Source: Spirogloea muscicola
Taxonomy: Eukaryota
Assembly: GCA_009602725.1 (NCBI GenBank)
Contig: WELB01000010.1
Span: 818,965 to 882,964 of the forward strand
DNA length: 64,000 nt
Direction: 5' to 3'
The notes beneath the pieces were generated by a model. It searched no databases. It was not told where the DNA came from and saw nothing but the letters and a program-made list of their open reading frames with translations. Made by a program: the position numbers and the translations under genes. Below are positions 1 to 13,323 of this stretch, piece after piece. Every line of letters begins with the position of its first letter. The first letter of the stretch is position 1.

Positions 1-1197
1 GGAGCCCGACAATGCAGGCCGCAAGTTTCTCGTCCAGGGTCTGGCTGCTGTGACATCAGATGATCTTGGCTTTGGGGACGAGGAGGCTTTGGATGGGGAC
101 ATAGAGAGGCAACCTGTCATTCTCCCTTTGGACTTTGAGACCAGCAACGACTTCTATGCACTGTGCGGGAGAAGCGACTACGAGATGTGGTCACTCACAA
201 TTGACCGCTGCCTCTTAGGCCGCAACATCTCCATGGAACGTCAGGTGAGCCCTCTGAGCCCCTCATTTGCACAATGTTGATTCGTCTGGATGACACTTGC
301 AGTGCCCGCCTCTCTGAAGCAAAGATGGCTGCCTTGCTATCAGCCCATATTTGTTTGTCACATGTGGTACTGTTTGCAATCGATGTTTGCCTATGCCAGC
401 GTGAGATGTTGTGAGATGTGAAACCAGCTCACAAACAGGTCGTCCTTATCGTTTTCGCCTAATGAGCTTGTGAACCACATGGACGCAGAATGCCAAAGCA
501 TGATGTATCCATCCATTCTAGCACTTACTTGACAGCACTGCGGTTGATCAGGTGAGGGAATCCAAGTGCTGGAATGGAAATTCCTACTCAAGGGCAGACC
601 CTATATGGCAGCCCTGCCCATGCTCCAGATCAGACTTCCAGTGCGATTATGGGTACATGTACAATATGGCAAACGAGAGCAGCCAGGGCTCTCTTGATTG
701 CATTCCAGTGCCCTGGCTAAAAGACATTGAGGAGAATTGCCCTATACTTGCCCGTGGTGACTATCACTATGGCAAGACACACGAGCGACTTGTGCCGGGA
801 GACAATTGCACACATGCCGTTATGGACGCCGGCAGCTATACCAACGTGGGAGAGAGCAGGAGCAAATCTGGCTCCTCATGGCTCATCTGGCTGCTCGTCC
901 TCTTCGGCTTTCTCGCTGCAGCCTTCGCTGGGCTGGTCGTGGCAGCCAACAGAGTGAGCCTGTCAGAGCCTGTCAAGCATTGGATCTGCATCCCATCATA
1001 GTGTCCATACCGAGAGCTCATCGCTGTACTTGGTCCCACATTTGCAGGGGTTGTTGCCAGACAGCTGGCTGCAGAGATTCCCGTATGCCGAGAACCTGAG
1101 ATACCGCAACCTCCGTGGCAACTTTGAGTCACTGGCTGACGACTTTGGCCTGGCTGGGGGAGAGGACGTGTACAATGAGGAGCTTTATAAGCACTGA
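1..1197 (+). CDS. VPS10/sortilin-family receptor, 3' part (exons ~1-244, 553-953, 1048-1197)
   Basis: Cys-rich 10CC-like region (CGRSDYEMWS..CLLG..; PCPCSRSDFQCDYGY), TM helix (WLIWLLVLFGFLAAAFAGLVV) and a short tail with YRNL. Clearly paralogous to the C-terminus of the gene at 21.5-27.1 kb. GT-AG introns. Confidence 0.8.
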
Positions 1198-2234
1198 CCT
1201 TGCCCTTGGTTAGAAGTTCCAGGTGTGCTGTCACCCAGAATTACCTTGAGCGTGCTTCATTGCATGCCCACCATTTTCACTTGATGCCCTTGCTATCTGC
1301 CCTCTTTCACCAGCCGTGACTTAGGAGGTCAGACGTGTGCTTGCGCAGGCTCTGGAGCTTCTGTATATACTGCTCAATTTGTAGACTTCATGGTTTATGT
1401 CACAAGCTGGTTATGCGTCTACAGCATCCTTAAAGGTGCAATTAGACGAGCTGTAATTGTAGCAAGCTAAGAAGAACTCCTCCCTATGAAAGGCAGAAAC
1501 GTTCCCAATTCTTTGTGGCAGGCACCGAGGCTGCCCACAATGATAGTCATATTTGGCAAGAAGCTGAGCAAGAAAGGAGTCAGACTGCTGTGCTGACCTG
1601 CCCCCTGAAGCATCAAGCAATTCTGGCTGTAGCTGTCGTAACATCTCAAAATGACGTGCTGTCTGCTTAGTTGTTGGCACCTCAAATAGCCGCCTCACTG
1701 CACTTTTTGCCGTCCTGTGCTGATCTGTGTCTGTCCTCCTGCCGCCCGGCACATCGTCATATGAGCTACTGCAATGCAAGTTGGGCTCCTGGGCGAGAAG
1801 TGCGGGACCAAGCAGACGCAGGCAAGTCCAAGTTTCTCAACCTAAAAGAAGGGCATTGTCTGTGATTGCAGCGGCATGCTCGGCACAAAGGTGACGCTGG
1901 GGCCCTTTAACAACCTGGTTGTGGATGTCTAAGAGCGGCAATAAATGCCAAGTGCGTCCACAGATGGGTGAAGGGGCGTTGCTACACTACTGAAGCCTCA
2001 GGCCAGGAGGGCCCGCTCATCACCCCCCCTCAGAGCGGAGAGACTGCTGGACTTACCAAGTAGATATGGCTGCTGGTATCGTGACGTGCAGTAGAACCAG
2101 GGCAGAACAGGGTGCCCAGGAGGATGTACACCTGCTTGATTCCCTGTGTCAGCATATAGTGGTCAATGACCACTATATAGTGCAACAAGTGCAGTCTACA
2201 GAGTTGTAGTGGGCGGGGTCTTGCCATGACATTC

Positions 2235-2492
2235 GAGGGCGGCTGTGAAAGTCAGACGGAGTCTGGGGAGCTGAAGGAGTGCCTCCGGCACCTTCGGACC
2301 TTGGCCATTCCTCTTGGGGCTGGCCTCTCACAGCCTTCCACTCCTTGGAAAAGAGAATGCGGCTGCTGATATTAATAGAGCGGCTGTGAAAGCCAGCCAG
2401 ATGCATACAGGTGTTCATGACGGAGCCACAGGCTAGGCAGCCAGGGAAAAGAAGGGAAGTAAGCTCTTCCAAAGGCTGTGAAAAGCTAGCCA
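2235..2492. mobile_element. Cluster of retroelement 3'-end fragments (both strands)
   Basis: 2350-2440 is the reverse complement of the 3'UTR at 34030-34112. Several GGCTGGC...CAGCC hairpin copies are present. Confidence 0.65.
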
Positions 2493-2979
2493 AAATATAA
2501 GGCGCGCCGCCGTCTTTCTGAAGTAATTATCTTACATGGTCCTTACCTGCGGGTTCGGCTTGGGCGGAGCGCCCGTCGGGGCGGCGGAGGGGCTGGAGGG
2601 AGCGGCCACGCGCCCGTTTGGAAGTGTTCAGCCGTTCCCGAAGACGAAGCTCTACCAGACTTCTGCTTCTTCAAGAGGCGCGACGGCCATGGGGAAAGGA
2701 AGTGGTTCTCCCAACGGGGGCAAAATGTGGGGAAAGCCACCGCCGGCAGTGACAGGCCAGGCCAGCACGAGCGGACACGGTGGTCTGAGGGGAACGCCCC
2801 CCTATGAGGAAGCCGGGCTGCCCACGGTGGTGGCCCGGCTGCCGACCCGCGGCTTCATGGACCCCCCGCAAGCGCGCCAACGGTAGCAGCTCACCCAGAC
2901 TCCCCCACTGGCAGAAGGCTCTCGGAGCGACAGACGCGCCTACGCCGTTCCAGCCCCTCGCCGCCACCGCCGCTACCGC

Positions 2980-3011
<32 letters not shown>

Positions 3012-3057
3012 GCCGCGAGGGACGCCGCCCAGCCCTCCGCCGCGGCGGGAGGCAGCC

Positions 3058-4407
3058 ATGCTGGCTCCGCGGGGCCACGCGCCGCGGCAGCTACCGANNN
3101 NNNNNNNNNNNNNNNNNNNNNNNNNNNNNNNNNNNNNNNNNNNNNNNNNNNNNNNNNNNNNNNNNNNNNNNNNNNNNNNNNNNNNNNNNNNNNNNNNNNN
3201 NNNNNNNNNNNNNNNNNNNNNNNNNNNNNNNNNNNNNNNNNNNNNNNNNNNNNNNGCCGCCACCGGCGCCACGCCCTCCGCCGCCGGCACGCCCGCCACC
3301 GACGCTCTCAGCACCATGGGGACGCCCGTCGGCACTCCTGTCGTCGGGGCCAGCCCCGCCGTCTCGCTGCGCTCCGCCGCCGCCATACCTGGCGGCGGCG
3401 GCGGCGGCGGCGGCGGCCACCTCCCGGACACGTCGCTGCCGCTGGACGAGTTCCTGCGCAAGTACACGAGCGAGGACAACGCGTCATTTGCTGGCATCGT
3501 GGAGCGCGGCAACCGCAAGCAGCTGCTCAAGGCGGCGCACCTGACCGCGGCGGAGGCAGCGCCGGCCCTGGCGGCGTCGCCGGCGGACCGCGCCCAGGAC
3601 GGGTTTGGGACGTCGGGGCAGCCCGTGGCGACGCTCGACGGCTGGCAGTTCCGGGCCAAGAACCTGCTCATGTACGACTCGTCGCAGCGCGACGACGCGC
3701 CCCTGACGCAGCGCGAGCTGGAGGAGCGCACTGCGGGGCCGGCCAAGGAGATCAGCCAGCGGAACACGCGCTTCCACAACAAGCAGCTCGCCGGTGGCGA
3801 CCGGGGCGGCGGGGAGACGGTGGCCATCCTGTACGAGCCGGTCGGTGGCGCCACCCCGATGCCCTTTGCGGAGCGCGACGCCGCCAGGGCGCGGCAGCAC
3901 TACGACCTGGGGGACCTGCGACGGACGCCCGCCGGAGGGCCCGGCGCTGGCGAGCGCGGCTTCGTCGTGACGCCGTCGCCGGCGCCGGGGGAGGGCGAGT
4001 CCCCGTTCATGACGTGGGGCGACATCGAGGGCACGCCCGTGCGCCTGGAGGCTGAGGACACGCCCATTGGCATCGGCGGCAGCGCCGACGGGCCGCACTT
4101 CCGCATCCCCGCGCCGCCGCCCCGCGACGAGCGCGCCGTGACCCTGTCGAGGTCCGCGCAGCGCAGCCTGCGCGAGCGTGCAAAGCTCCGGGCCGCCGGA
4201 ACTCAACAGGAAGCCACCGGCGCCTCGCCCTTCCGCAGCGGCAGCACGCCGTCGCCGCTCCTGCCCTCGAGCAGTCCCGTGACAGGGAGCTGGTCGGCCG
4301 CGGCGCAGAAGCTGGTGGACAAGGCCATGCTCAAGAGCAAGGGCTCTGTGGACACGAAGCTGCGGGAGAGCTACAGCGCCTCGCCGATCACACCTGCCTC
4401 GACCTAG
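3058..4407 (+). CDS. ESS2: Splicing factor ESS-2 / DGCR14 homolog (spans gap 3098-3255)
   Basis: Motifs LDEFLRKYTSEDNASF, AKNLLMY, NTRF, TPSPAPG..ESPFMTWGDIEGTP and FRIP are typical of Es2/DGCR14. N-terminus MLAPRGHAPRQL resembles plant orthologs. Confidence 0.9.
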   Translation: MLAPRGHAPRQLPXXXXXXXXXXXXXXXXXXXXXXXXXXXXXXXXXXXXXXXXXXXXXXXXXXXXXAATGATPSAAGTPATDALSTMGTPVGTPVVGASPAVSLRSAAAIPGGGGGGGGGHLPDTSLPLDEFLRKYTSEDNASFAGIVERGNRKQLLKAAHLTAAEAAPALAASPADRAQDGFGTSGQPVATLDGWQFRAKNLLMYDSSQRDDAPLTQRELEERTAGPAKEISQRNTRFHNKQLAGGDRGGGETVAILYEPVGGATPMPFAERDAARARQHYDLGDLRRTPAGGPGAGERGFVVTPSPAPGEGESPFMTWGDIEGTPVRLEAEDTPIGIGGSADGPHFRIPAPPPRDERAVTLSRSAQRSLRERAKLRAAGTQQEATGASPFRSGSTPSPLLPSSSPVTGSWSAAAQKLVDKAMLKSKGSVDTKLRESYSASPITPAST

Positions 4408-5067
4408 GTCACAGGACGAAGCCTGAGACACGGGGCCTGCATCAACGTAGGACTTGGCGGCCTGTGCAGATTTCATCGACAATGTTTAGCTGTTGCCTGG
4501 AGCCCCCGGCTCCTGTTCCGGCGCATTTGCCACAGCTCTGCCGCTGCTTGTGAACACAGTCACTATCTGCTCGTGAAAGCATGGGCTCAATCTGCTCTCA
4601 TCTTCTGTCAGCGGCCATCATTGACATGTTTTCAATTGCGCTGCGGGATTGTTACATGCCCACGTTTGCAGCACATATTGCTGTCAAATGCCAAAGGTTC
4701 GTCGTCACTCGTCATTTTCCAGCATAACGTGTTTGTTTCCGTGCTGTGAATGAGTTGAGGTTTCAGAGTCAGTCTCTATCGTATTGTGCACGAGGTCCAG
4801 GACAGGGTAGCGTACCCCCAAGTACCCCAAAGAGTGCAACACCCGCCTGATCCCTGGTACATGGAACCTGTCAACTATGTGGTCCGAGATCCGCTCTCTA
4901 CTGATGAGTGGTTAGCCTGGGGCCCAATGCCAATGCATCGTGAAGTGACTCTAAAAGTGTGACTTGCATCTATCAAATTGGCAACAATGACCTTGCGTAC
5001 ATTCCAACACATAATACAACTCAATAGGCAGTAGATTGTGATAAAGAATGAACACAACATTTCATCT

Positions 5068-8000
5068 CTAGCCTGTCACGCAATCACGGTATGTAGATTG
5101 TCGAAGTCCTCCCCCTGATAAGGACGTGCCAAGATCCCTTCTGGCTTTCAAGTGGCAGTGGTGGCCAGGAAGCAGAGCACCGCTGCGAAAGGTCCGACAG
5201 GGCCTGGGGATTGTGCCTCAGCACTTCCTTGCACTTTGCAGTGAATGCATTCTCAGGGCCGAGGATGTGGGCGGCGCATGCACCTTTATCTGCATAGCGC
5301 CATCTAAACCCTGAACAGCTCGAGCGGAGGCCAATCAGTGAGTAGTATATTTCTGATTGGCAATTGTCAACAGATTTTTCGAACGCTTGACGTGACTACT
5401 GGTTGATGCTTGACGTTCATCACATTGCTACAAGAAAAAAGCGCATGAGTTGAGCTGCTATTTGCCTGACCGTCAGCTAAGCTGGCCCCGCTCAGCTTGT
5501 GGACGCCAAAGTGCTGCAGCTCCCACCACCGCCGCCTGCTGACCCAAAGCTCCTTCAGCAGCTGCCTGGATGCCTTGTGACCTTCAGGCTTCACCCTGCT
5601 GGCGCCTCCTTGGACGCCGTATCGATGGCGCCCAAAAGCCTTGCCTTTGATGCTGTCGAACGTACTCGCCAGCTTCTCCCACGCCCGGTCTGTGCCGGTG
5701 CTGTAGTCAAGGTGAAGAGCCAGCACTCTCATGAGCAGGTGTTTGCCACAGAACCCTGCAAAGTCAAACAAGAGAAAGCATGTCATCCCCCCTCCTGCTC
5801 GCCACAGCTCCACTGGCATAGTACCTAGAGCTTGCTGCAACAATTGTCTATATTGTATGTAGCATTGCACACAACAATCACAGCAGGCTGGGGCCACAAG
5901 CTACAGTTGCCAACGGACCTTGATCGTTCAAATCAATGATGAAGTTGATTGCTAGCAGGGACGCAGGATCACGTTGACACAGAGCTAAGCAGCACTCCAG
6001 GAGGGCCCTAACCCTCAGCGGCTCCATGCAATGGAGGAGCAGCGCCTTCAGCCTGCACTATGCAGTCAAAATTGTCCGTAAGTTGCATAACGAGCACGGC
6101 GGCAGCTCTAGTGACAAATGAGAGCACCATACTATAGGCCCACCTGGAGCCCCTTTGCTTTGCAAATGCTCGATAAGCAGACGTGTCAAGCGAACTCAGC
6201 TTGCTGAAGTACTACATGGGATGATTACTACTGTACTGACTTCAAATTCCAGTACCTCAACGGCTCAGGAGAGGAGCCCGTGCTGCTTGTATAATTGAGA
6301 AGGATGAGGGCGTCTGTCACTCGTCCACTCGCAAGGAGGAGCTGTGACAGCATCATGCGGTTTATATGCGCGGCAGTAGTCAGTATTGCTTGTCACAGAC
6401 ACGATTGGTCCTGAAATCACTTGCTAAAGCCAGGATCATCGAATGCAAGGGTTGTGAGCAGAAGTTTAAGAGTTACACTGACACCCAGCCTCAAAGGACA
6501 GCGTATCCACCTGGAGGAGGGGCAGCACGGATGGCACGTGCTTGGGGTCGAGCTCGAGGCTGCGTGCAAGATACTCACTGGCCTGGCGGCTCAGCTCTGC
6601 TGCCTTGCGGGACAAGTGCTCTAAGCGGTACGGCTGGCCTGCAGATGCCAGTGGGACGTCCAGCGGGAAGAGCTCAGCGCTCATGCCTGCCACAGGTGGG
6701 AGACATAAGCAGGGCGGCTCAGATTATACTATGTTCCAAGGATGCTTGTGCTGCCACCCAAACTCTTCTATAGTAAGACAGAAGGTAGATGGACCATGGT
6801 ACTTTGCAAGATTAGACAATCTGTCTGTCACAGCAAGAATTTCCCCAGAGCTCATATCATTCTATATTCTATTTCAGGTGCAGTACAATGTGGAGAAGGA
6901 CTTCTGGCTTCAAGGTCAAGCTTGGTAGTTGTCAGTGCTTAGAGATAGTAAGTGCATAACTTTACCATCCTTGGCAATCACGGCACAATCTTGCAGGGCC
7001 AAGTCAACGGCATCGACACCCTCCCGCCTGCCGTCCTCCGCGTCCTCGTCACCGCTGTCGCCCTTGTAGGCCCCCTCGTCACCAGCTGCGCTCCGCCTGC
7101 CTGTGCCCCGCCGAAGCTGGCTGAGCAGCGCGAGGGCGGCGCTCCGCGTAGAGACCGCCTCCTCCTTGTTGATGGGCACTTCCTGGCCGCCGAGCTCCCC
7201 GACATGCGCGGCAGCTCGGTGCCACATTCTCGCTTCTTCCTCGAGGTCGTCTGCCTTGGCTTCATGAGACTGGCCTCTGCGCGCCGTGGCAATCGCCGCT
7301 GCATCCTCCTCCCCCATGTCGCAGCCCTGGTGCCGGCGTTGCAGGAACGGCGCCTGGCCGACCACCTCCTCGCGCACGACTCGCAGCCACTCGTTGAACT
7401 GCGCCAGACCGCAGGCGCAGAGCGCCCGGGCGTCATCCCGCAGCGGCGGCGCATCCACCAGCCTGCGCAACGGAGGACGGCACTACCCATCTGCAATCTC
7501 CGCATCCAGCAGGCAGGCCGACGGCCGAGAGAGAGGCAGGGCGAGCGCTCCAGCGTGGCTCACGGGCGAATCGTCTCATAGGCCGCCCGGTGGTCCCCTT
7601 GCTGCAGGAGGTGCTCCGCGAGCTCCAGCAGCACATAACCCTTAAGGCTCTGCCAAAAGCTCAAACAGTCGTCAATCAGGTGCCAGCTTGGACCACGATG
7701 AGGAAGCAAGTGGCCTGCCAAGAGCGGGATGGCGGTCCTAGAGTGTGGGGGCAGCAGCACACTTGCTGGGGCAGCGTTGATCGGCCGATTCCCAGTTGTA
7801 ACAAGAGGACGGGCACCCATGACCATGATACAGGCGTGCTTCAAGCAGCTGCCAGGGTTCGAGGGTTCAAGAATCTGGTTCAGCGGAATCGACCAGGAAT
7901 GTCTTGACTGGATTTGGGTCATGGTAAGAGCTAAGGGTGAGGCCTCGGGGGCAACCTGGTCGGACTGCTTGGCCGCGACGAGCCGGAGGAGGTCGGCCAC

Positions 8001-8291
8001 CCGCCGGGTGTGCGCTCCCGCAGGAGGCAGCTCCTTGAGCAGCTCGGCCGCCGCCTGCAGAGTGCAGGAGTGCAGGAGTCGTTTCAGCCGCCATCAAAGG
8101 GCTCATTGGAGTGATCACAGTGACGACGGACGTGGGCTTCGTCTCGTCGTCGGGGCTGCGCTTGCGGCAGACAGGGGCTGAGAGGTGGACGTGCAGTGCA
8201 CAGCAGAGGACGCTGGCAGCACCTGGCCGTCCAGCCACCGCGGCTCGCCGGGCGCAAGGCGTGCGGCCGCCGCCGCGCGCGCGCCGCCGCC
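5068..8291 (-). CDS. Multi-exon gene, probable plant-type TAF1A / RNA polymerase I initiation factor-like protein (start lost in gap)
   Basis: Minus-strand exons with GT-AG junctions: YVLLELAEHLLQQGDHRAAYETIR, LARSLELDPKHVPSVLPLLQ, LWVSRRRWWELQHF, KGACAAHILGPE. The last two resemble, from memory, the WxxRxxWWxxxHF and ACAxHxxG motifs of plant TAF1A-like proteins. Confidence 0.55.
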
Positions 8292-9104
8292 NNNNNNNNN
8301 NNNNNNNNNNNNNNNNNNNNNNNNNNNNNNNNNNNNNNNNNNNNNNNNNNNNNNNNNNNNNNNNNNNNNNNNNNNNNNNNNNNNNNNNNNNNNNNNNNNN
8401 NNNNNNNNNNNNNNNNNNNNNNNNNNNNNNNNNNNNNNNNNNNNNNNNNNNNNNNNNNNNNNNNNNNNNNNNNNNNNNNNNNNNNNNNNNNNNNNNNNNN
8501 NNNNNNNNNNNNNNNNNNNNNNNNNNNNNNNNNNNNNNNNNNNNNNNNNNNNNNNNNNNNNNNNNNNNNNNNNNNNNNNNNNNNNNNNNNNNNNNNNNNN
8601 NNNNNNNNNNNNNNNNNNNNNNNNNNNNNNNNNNNNNNNNNNNNNNNNNNNNNNNNNNNNNNNNNNNNNNNNNNNNNNNNNNNNNNNNNNNNNNNNNNNN
8701 NNNNNNNNNNNNNNNNNNNNNNNNNNNNNNNNNNNNNNNNNNNNNNNNNNNNNNNNNNNNNNNNNNNNNNNNNNNNNNNNNNNNNNNNNNNNNNNNNNNN
8801 NNNNNNNNNNNNNNNNNNNNNNNNNNNNNNNNNNNNNNNNNNNNNNNNNNNNNNNNNNNNNNNNNNNNNNNNNNNNNNNNNNNNNNNNNNNNNNNNNNNN
8901 NNNNNNNNNNNNNNNNNNNNNNNNNNNNNNNNNNNNNNNNNNNNNNNNNNNNNNNNNNNNNNNNNNNNNNNNNNNNNNNNNNNNNNNNNNNNNNNNNNNN
9001 NNNNNNNNNNNNNNNNNNNNNNNNNNNNNNNNNNNNNNNNNNNNNNNNNNNNNNNNNNNNNNNNNNNNNNNNNNNNNNNNNNNNNNNNNNNNNNNNNNNN
9101 NNNN

Positions 9105-9228
9105 CGAGCAGGCTCGTCAACCTCGGCAACACCTGCTACATGAACGCCGTGCTCCAGGCGCTGCTGGCGCTGCCGAGCTTCGCCGCCGACCTCGCGAGCC
9201 CGGCGCTGGCCGCCGCCGCCGCCGCCGC
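9105..9228 (+). other. Ubiquitin-specific protease (C19) Cys-box fragment, in frame with ATG7 through a (GCC)n tract
   Basis: RLVNLGNTCYMNAVLQALLALPSF is the canonical USP Cys box. No downstream USP His box is seen, and the fragment abuts an N-gap. Confidence 0.7.
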
Positions 9229-12200
9229 CAGCCGCAACCGGTGCCACGCCCCGGGCTCGCTGCACAACACCAACACGCTGGAGGGCTTCCGGGGCGCCGA
9301 CAGGGCCGCGCTGCTGCGCGCCGCTGCCGAGCAGGTGCCGCCAGCCGCCGCTCCTCGTGGCACCCGTAGTGGCAGAGGGGCTCGCTCTCCCGCCAGCCGA
9401 GGCGAGCGAGACTGAGACTAAGAGAAGGATGCGGCTTCATGAGTATACCATCATTAACATTAAAGGAGCGGCTGTAAATGCCAGCCAGGTGCATGCAGAG
9501 GGTGTTGATTACCGTGTTGTCGGAGCCCACAGAACAGGCAGACATGGGCGCTCTTAGTAACCCCCGTCTTAGATCTGGGCAAGTCAGCTGAGCTGAGGGG
9601 ACTGCGACGCTGCTCCCTGCTGACGATCTCGGAGCACATCCTGCTGCTCTGCCTGTGGGCCAGATCTGGGCCGACATCCAGTCGGGCGCTGCGGAGGACC
9701 GGCCGTCGCTGCTGCTGCGCTTCCTGCTGCTCTCCTTCGCCGACCTCAAGAAGTGGTGCTTCTACTACTGGTTCGCCTTCCCAGCGCTGGCGCTCCCCAC
9801 GCCAGCCGTGGCGGCTGGACCCCCCGTGCCCGCCTCGCAGGCCTTTAGTCCCGACGAGGTCAGCAATACAATCTGCGTACTCTGATGATGCTGCCACATC
9901 TTTTAGATTTGCTGCACTTTGAGCACAAGAGGCCTGGGGTTGCACGTTTTTGCTGGCACCACGGCCTGAGGCTTTTGTGCAGGCTGCGACTGTCGCAGTC
10001 GCATGTGAGGAGTGGCGGAGCGGAGGGGCGGACGCTGCAGTGCCCTGCTCCTCTGACCTCCTCGAGGAGCCATCCTCCAGCCTGCAGACTCCAGGTCCAA
10101 AGGGCCTGCAAATGACTGATATTTACTGTAGCAGGCAGTGCTAATTGAGGTGCCTAGGATCTGAACCCTTATTCTCATTGTCCACACATTGGTTGCTGAT
10201 GTTGGCAACCACGCAGCACGCATTAGAATTTTCACAAGTGGGCGGCTTCCATCTGGGCAGAAGCTCCTTAGCAATAATAGCAATTGCCGGACATCAGTGA
10301 CCCGCTTCGGCCTGGTGCAGGAACGGAGCCTGCATTTCTGCTGCACATCTCCCCAGGCAGGAGCGTTGCAGCCAAGCCCCTGCGTGCGTGGGAGAGCTTA
10401 AGAGCGGAAGCTGGTCAAGTGAGCCCCGTCTGCTGTCGGCGAACAGATCATCACTGAGCTTTGTTTGTACAGTGAAGGACTTTTGTACCAGCTGCTTGCT
10501 CCCCATGTTATGAGCATACAGCTTGCCTGCCTACTTGTGTGCTGCACACCTTGGGTCTGCAGCACATAAGCAGTGCTAAGCAGTGGACTGAAATTGGATG
10601 AATGAACGCTAAAGCATGAATCATTAGTGTCTGCTGCAGGTCCTCCTCGTTTTCTATGATCCGTGCAACTTGCCGGCCAATCCTGGGTGGCCCCTGCGGA
10701 ATATCCTCGTATTGGCTGCTGCGAGGTGGCACTTGAGTACTTTGCGCGTGATGTGCTACCGTGAGAGGAAGGGGAGGATAAGCTTGGAGCACTGCCCGAT
10801 TTTCACAATCAGGATTGCAGCTCCTACAGGTCCGTTTAGGCTGGTTAAGTTGAGTAAGTCCTGGGGTGAGCAAAGCATTACACAGGGCCTGGGAACTATC
10901 TGAGGGAAGATCTTACTTTGTTGTTCTTATTGATTGGCATTGTCATCTGATGGATTTACAGGTTGGGGACTGGGTCAGCCATGCCCTGACGCGGTCGGGT
11001 GGAGTCGAAATGAGCGAGGCAAGAGTGGGCCCTCTTTCATGGACCTTGCTCACCAAATGGACCCCATCAGGTCCTTCTGTGAGACCACGCTGTGTCTCTT
11101 TCATATCACGGTGCAGGGTTCGTTCAGAATATTGTAAATCTGCCGGCTGCGCACATTGGCATTCTGCATGCGGCTGCTTATGGTCGGCTGGCTGCCTGTG
11201 CAGGCTAGCAACTGAGGCCGCCGACCTGAACCTGAAGCTGATGAAGTGGCGGCTTCTGCCGTCGCTGCAGGTTGAGCGGCTGGCCGCCACCCGGTGCCTG
11301 CTCATTGGCGCTGGCACGCTTGGGTGCCAGGTGGCCCGAGGCCTTTTGGTGGGCTCACTGCTTCTGTCCTACCTCTGTCCTTCTCTTACCATCATTCAGG
11401 GTCAGGCCTTTTTGAATCTGAGCCGTATATTTCTGCCACTCAAGTCTTGCATGGAAGGAAGCATCTGTCCACCAACTGATTGGCCTGCTCAGCGGTGCAG
11501 GCGTGGGGGGTTCGGAAGATCACTCTGGTGGACTATGGGAAGGTCTCCATGTCCAACCCATTACGGCAGTCCCTCTTCACCCTGGAGGATTGCCTCAATG
11601 GGGGCCGGCCAAAGGCGGAGGCTGCTGCTGATAGTCTCCGCAAGATCTTCCCTGGTGCTGTGAGTCCAGCTGTCAATGGCTTCATAGTCAACCATTTTCT
11701 GTACTGAAGCACTGATAGTGCTCTTATCAGCTCTCTCCTTCAGATGTGCTCTGACTTACTGGCAGCATGCTTGATCAGCCTGACCTGCAAATTGAGCGTG
11801 CCTGCAGGAGGCAAGAGGTGTGCAGCTTGCTATCCCTATGCCCGGTCATCCAGTGAGGGAGCAAGACGCCGCTGGCGTGGCGAATGACTGCAAGCGCCTT
11901 GTTGAGCTAGTGAAGGATGCTGACATCGTCTTCCTGCTGACGGACACAAGGGAGAGCCGCTGGCTGCCCACGCTGCTCTGCGCTGCCTCCAACAAGGTGC
12001 TATAGTAAATTGTAAGCCAGTCAATGCTGGCTGGACGTTCCTGGGAGTAGCACCAGTCTATTGTGCAATTATTGTTCTCCTCAGATGTTTATTGTCTCAT
12101 GCTTGGCCAGGTAGCGTTGACCGCAGCTTTGGGGTTTGACACCTACTTGGTGATGAGGCATGGTCCTGGCCCTGGCAAAGCCTATGGAGCCACATTGGAA

Positions 12201-13323
12201 GGCTCCACTTTGTCGACACAAAAGGGGCCTGCGCCAGAGGTAGCGCAGCAGGAAGCGGGGAGCCAGCGGCTGGGGTGTTATTTCTGCAACGATGTCGTGG
12301 CACCGCAGGACGTAAGTTCATCAAGGCTTAAGGGCAGCTGCTTGCGCTGCCGGTCACCTATTGCTATTTTGACAGATGATGTATCAGTTCAATTCCCACT
12401 GTTGGAGATCAGAATGTTTGCAAGCATCCTCAATTCTACATGATGATGATGCTTTGGCAGTCCATGGCGAATCGCACGTTAGACCAGCAGTGCACTGTCA
12501 CGAGGCCTGGCCTCGCTCCAATTGCAGGGGCGCTGGTAGTGGAGTTCGCCATCGGCATCCTCCACCACCCTTTGGGGTATGTTGAGCTTTGTGCAAGCTG
12601 CCGCAACAATTGTGTCTCGTCCTTGCTGGTCTTGTCTTTCTCCCCCAGAGACAGTACCTGGACAATCTACATGCTGAGCTGCACGCTACAGCTCCACTGT
12701 TGCTAGAGAAAATTAGAAAAGTAGAGTGCCCTGCACTGCTGGACTCTGTCATGATCTGTGCTTGATTTGCTGTGCCACTACTGCAGGATCCACGCACCAG
12801 CAGATATGGCTCTGGCAGTCACGGCTAGCACTGAGCTGCCACTGGGAATCCTGCCCCACCAAATTCGTGGCTTCTTGTCGCACTTTGCGCAGCTAGTAGT
12901 AAAGGGCCATGCTTTTGACAAATGCACCGCCTGTTCACGCCATGTAAGTGTCCTCTGCTGTTGCAGCATCTTGATTTTTGTGCACCATGTGCTCATCAAT
13001 GTGAATGTACAATAAGTATCTCCTATATATTATGGGATGTTCCAAGATGCAAATACTTCAGTGAATGCCTACGGGATTTTCCTTGAGTCAACCTTTCTCT
13101 TAGGGTGGCACCTCTGGCATACGGCATGCTGTGTCAGGTGGTTGCTGAGTATCTCAAGTACAAGGAGGAGTTTCTTTTGCAAGTCTTCAACCATCCAATG
13201 TACCTAGAGGACTTGACTGGCTTGACAGCCTTGATGAAAGCCACTCAAAATGTCTCAATCACGTGGGATGAGGATGATGAGGAGGTTTACATAGAGGGGC
13301 TTGATCAAGTTGTAGAAGTATGA
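9229..13323 (+). CDS. ATG7: ATG7 E1-like autophagy enzyme (multi-exon; N-terminus missing)
   Basis: Exons encode [126 protein letters not shown] (catalytic Cys), PHQIRG, CTACS and YLEDLTGL. Confidence 0.95.
9418..9565 (-). mobile_element. Short 3' fragment of a CRE-like retroelement in an ATG7 intron
   Basis: Reverse complement matches the 3' end at 34005-34112 (GGGGTTACTAAGAGCGCCC...CTGGCTGGC..ACAGCCGCTC...AGCCGC). Confidence 0.75.

Noticed and set aside
1411..2227. Minus-strand ORFs (122 aa and 65 aa) as a gene
   Set aside because: No recognisable motif or consistent exon chain. They could be a pseudogene fragment, but this is unsupported.
4895..4960. CTGATGAG as a hammerhead ribozyme core
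   Set aside because: No properly placed stem II followed by GAAA, and no flanking helices are visible.
7867..9415. Long ORFs spanning the 8292-9104 gap
   Set aside because: Their length is an artifact of reading through Ns.
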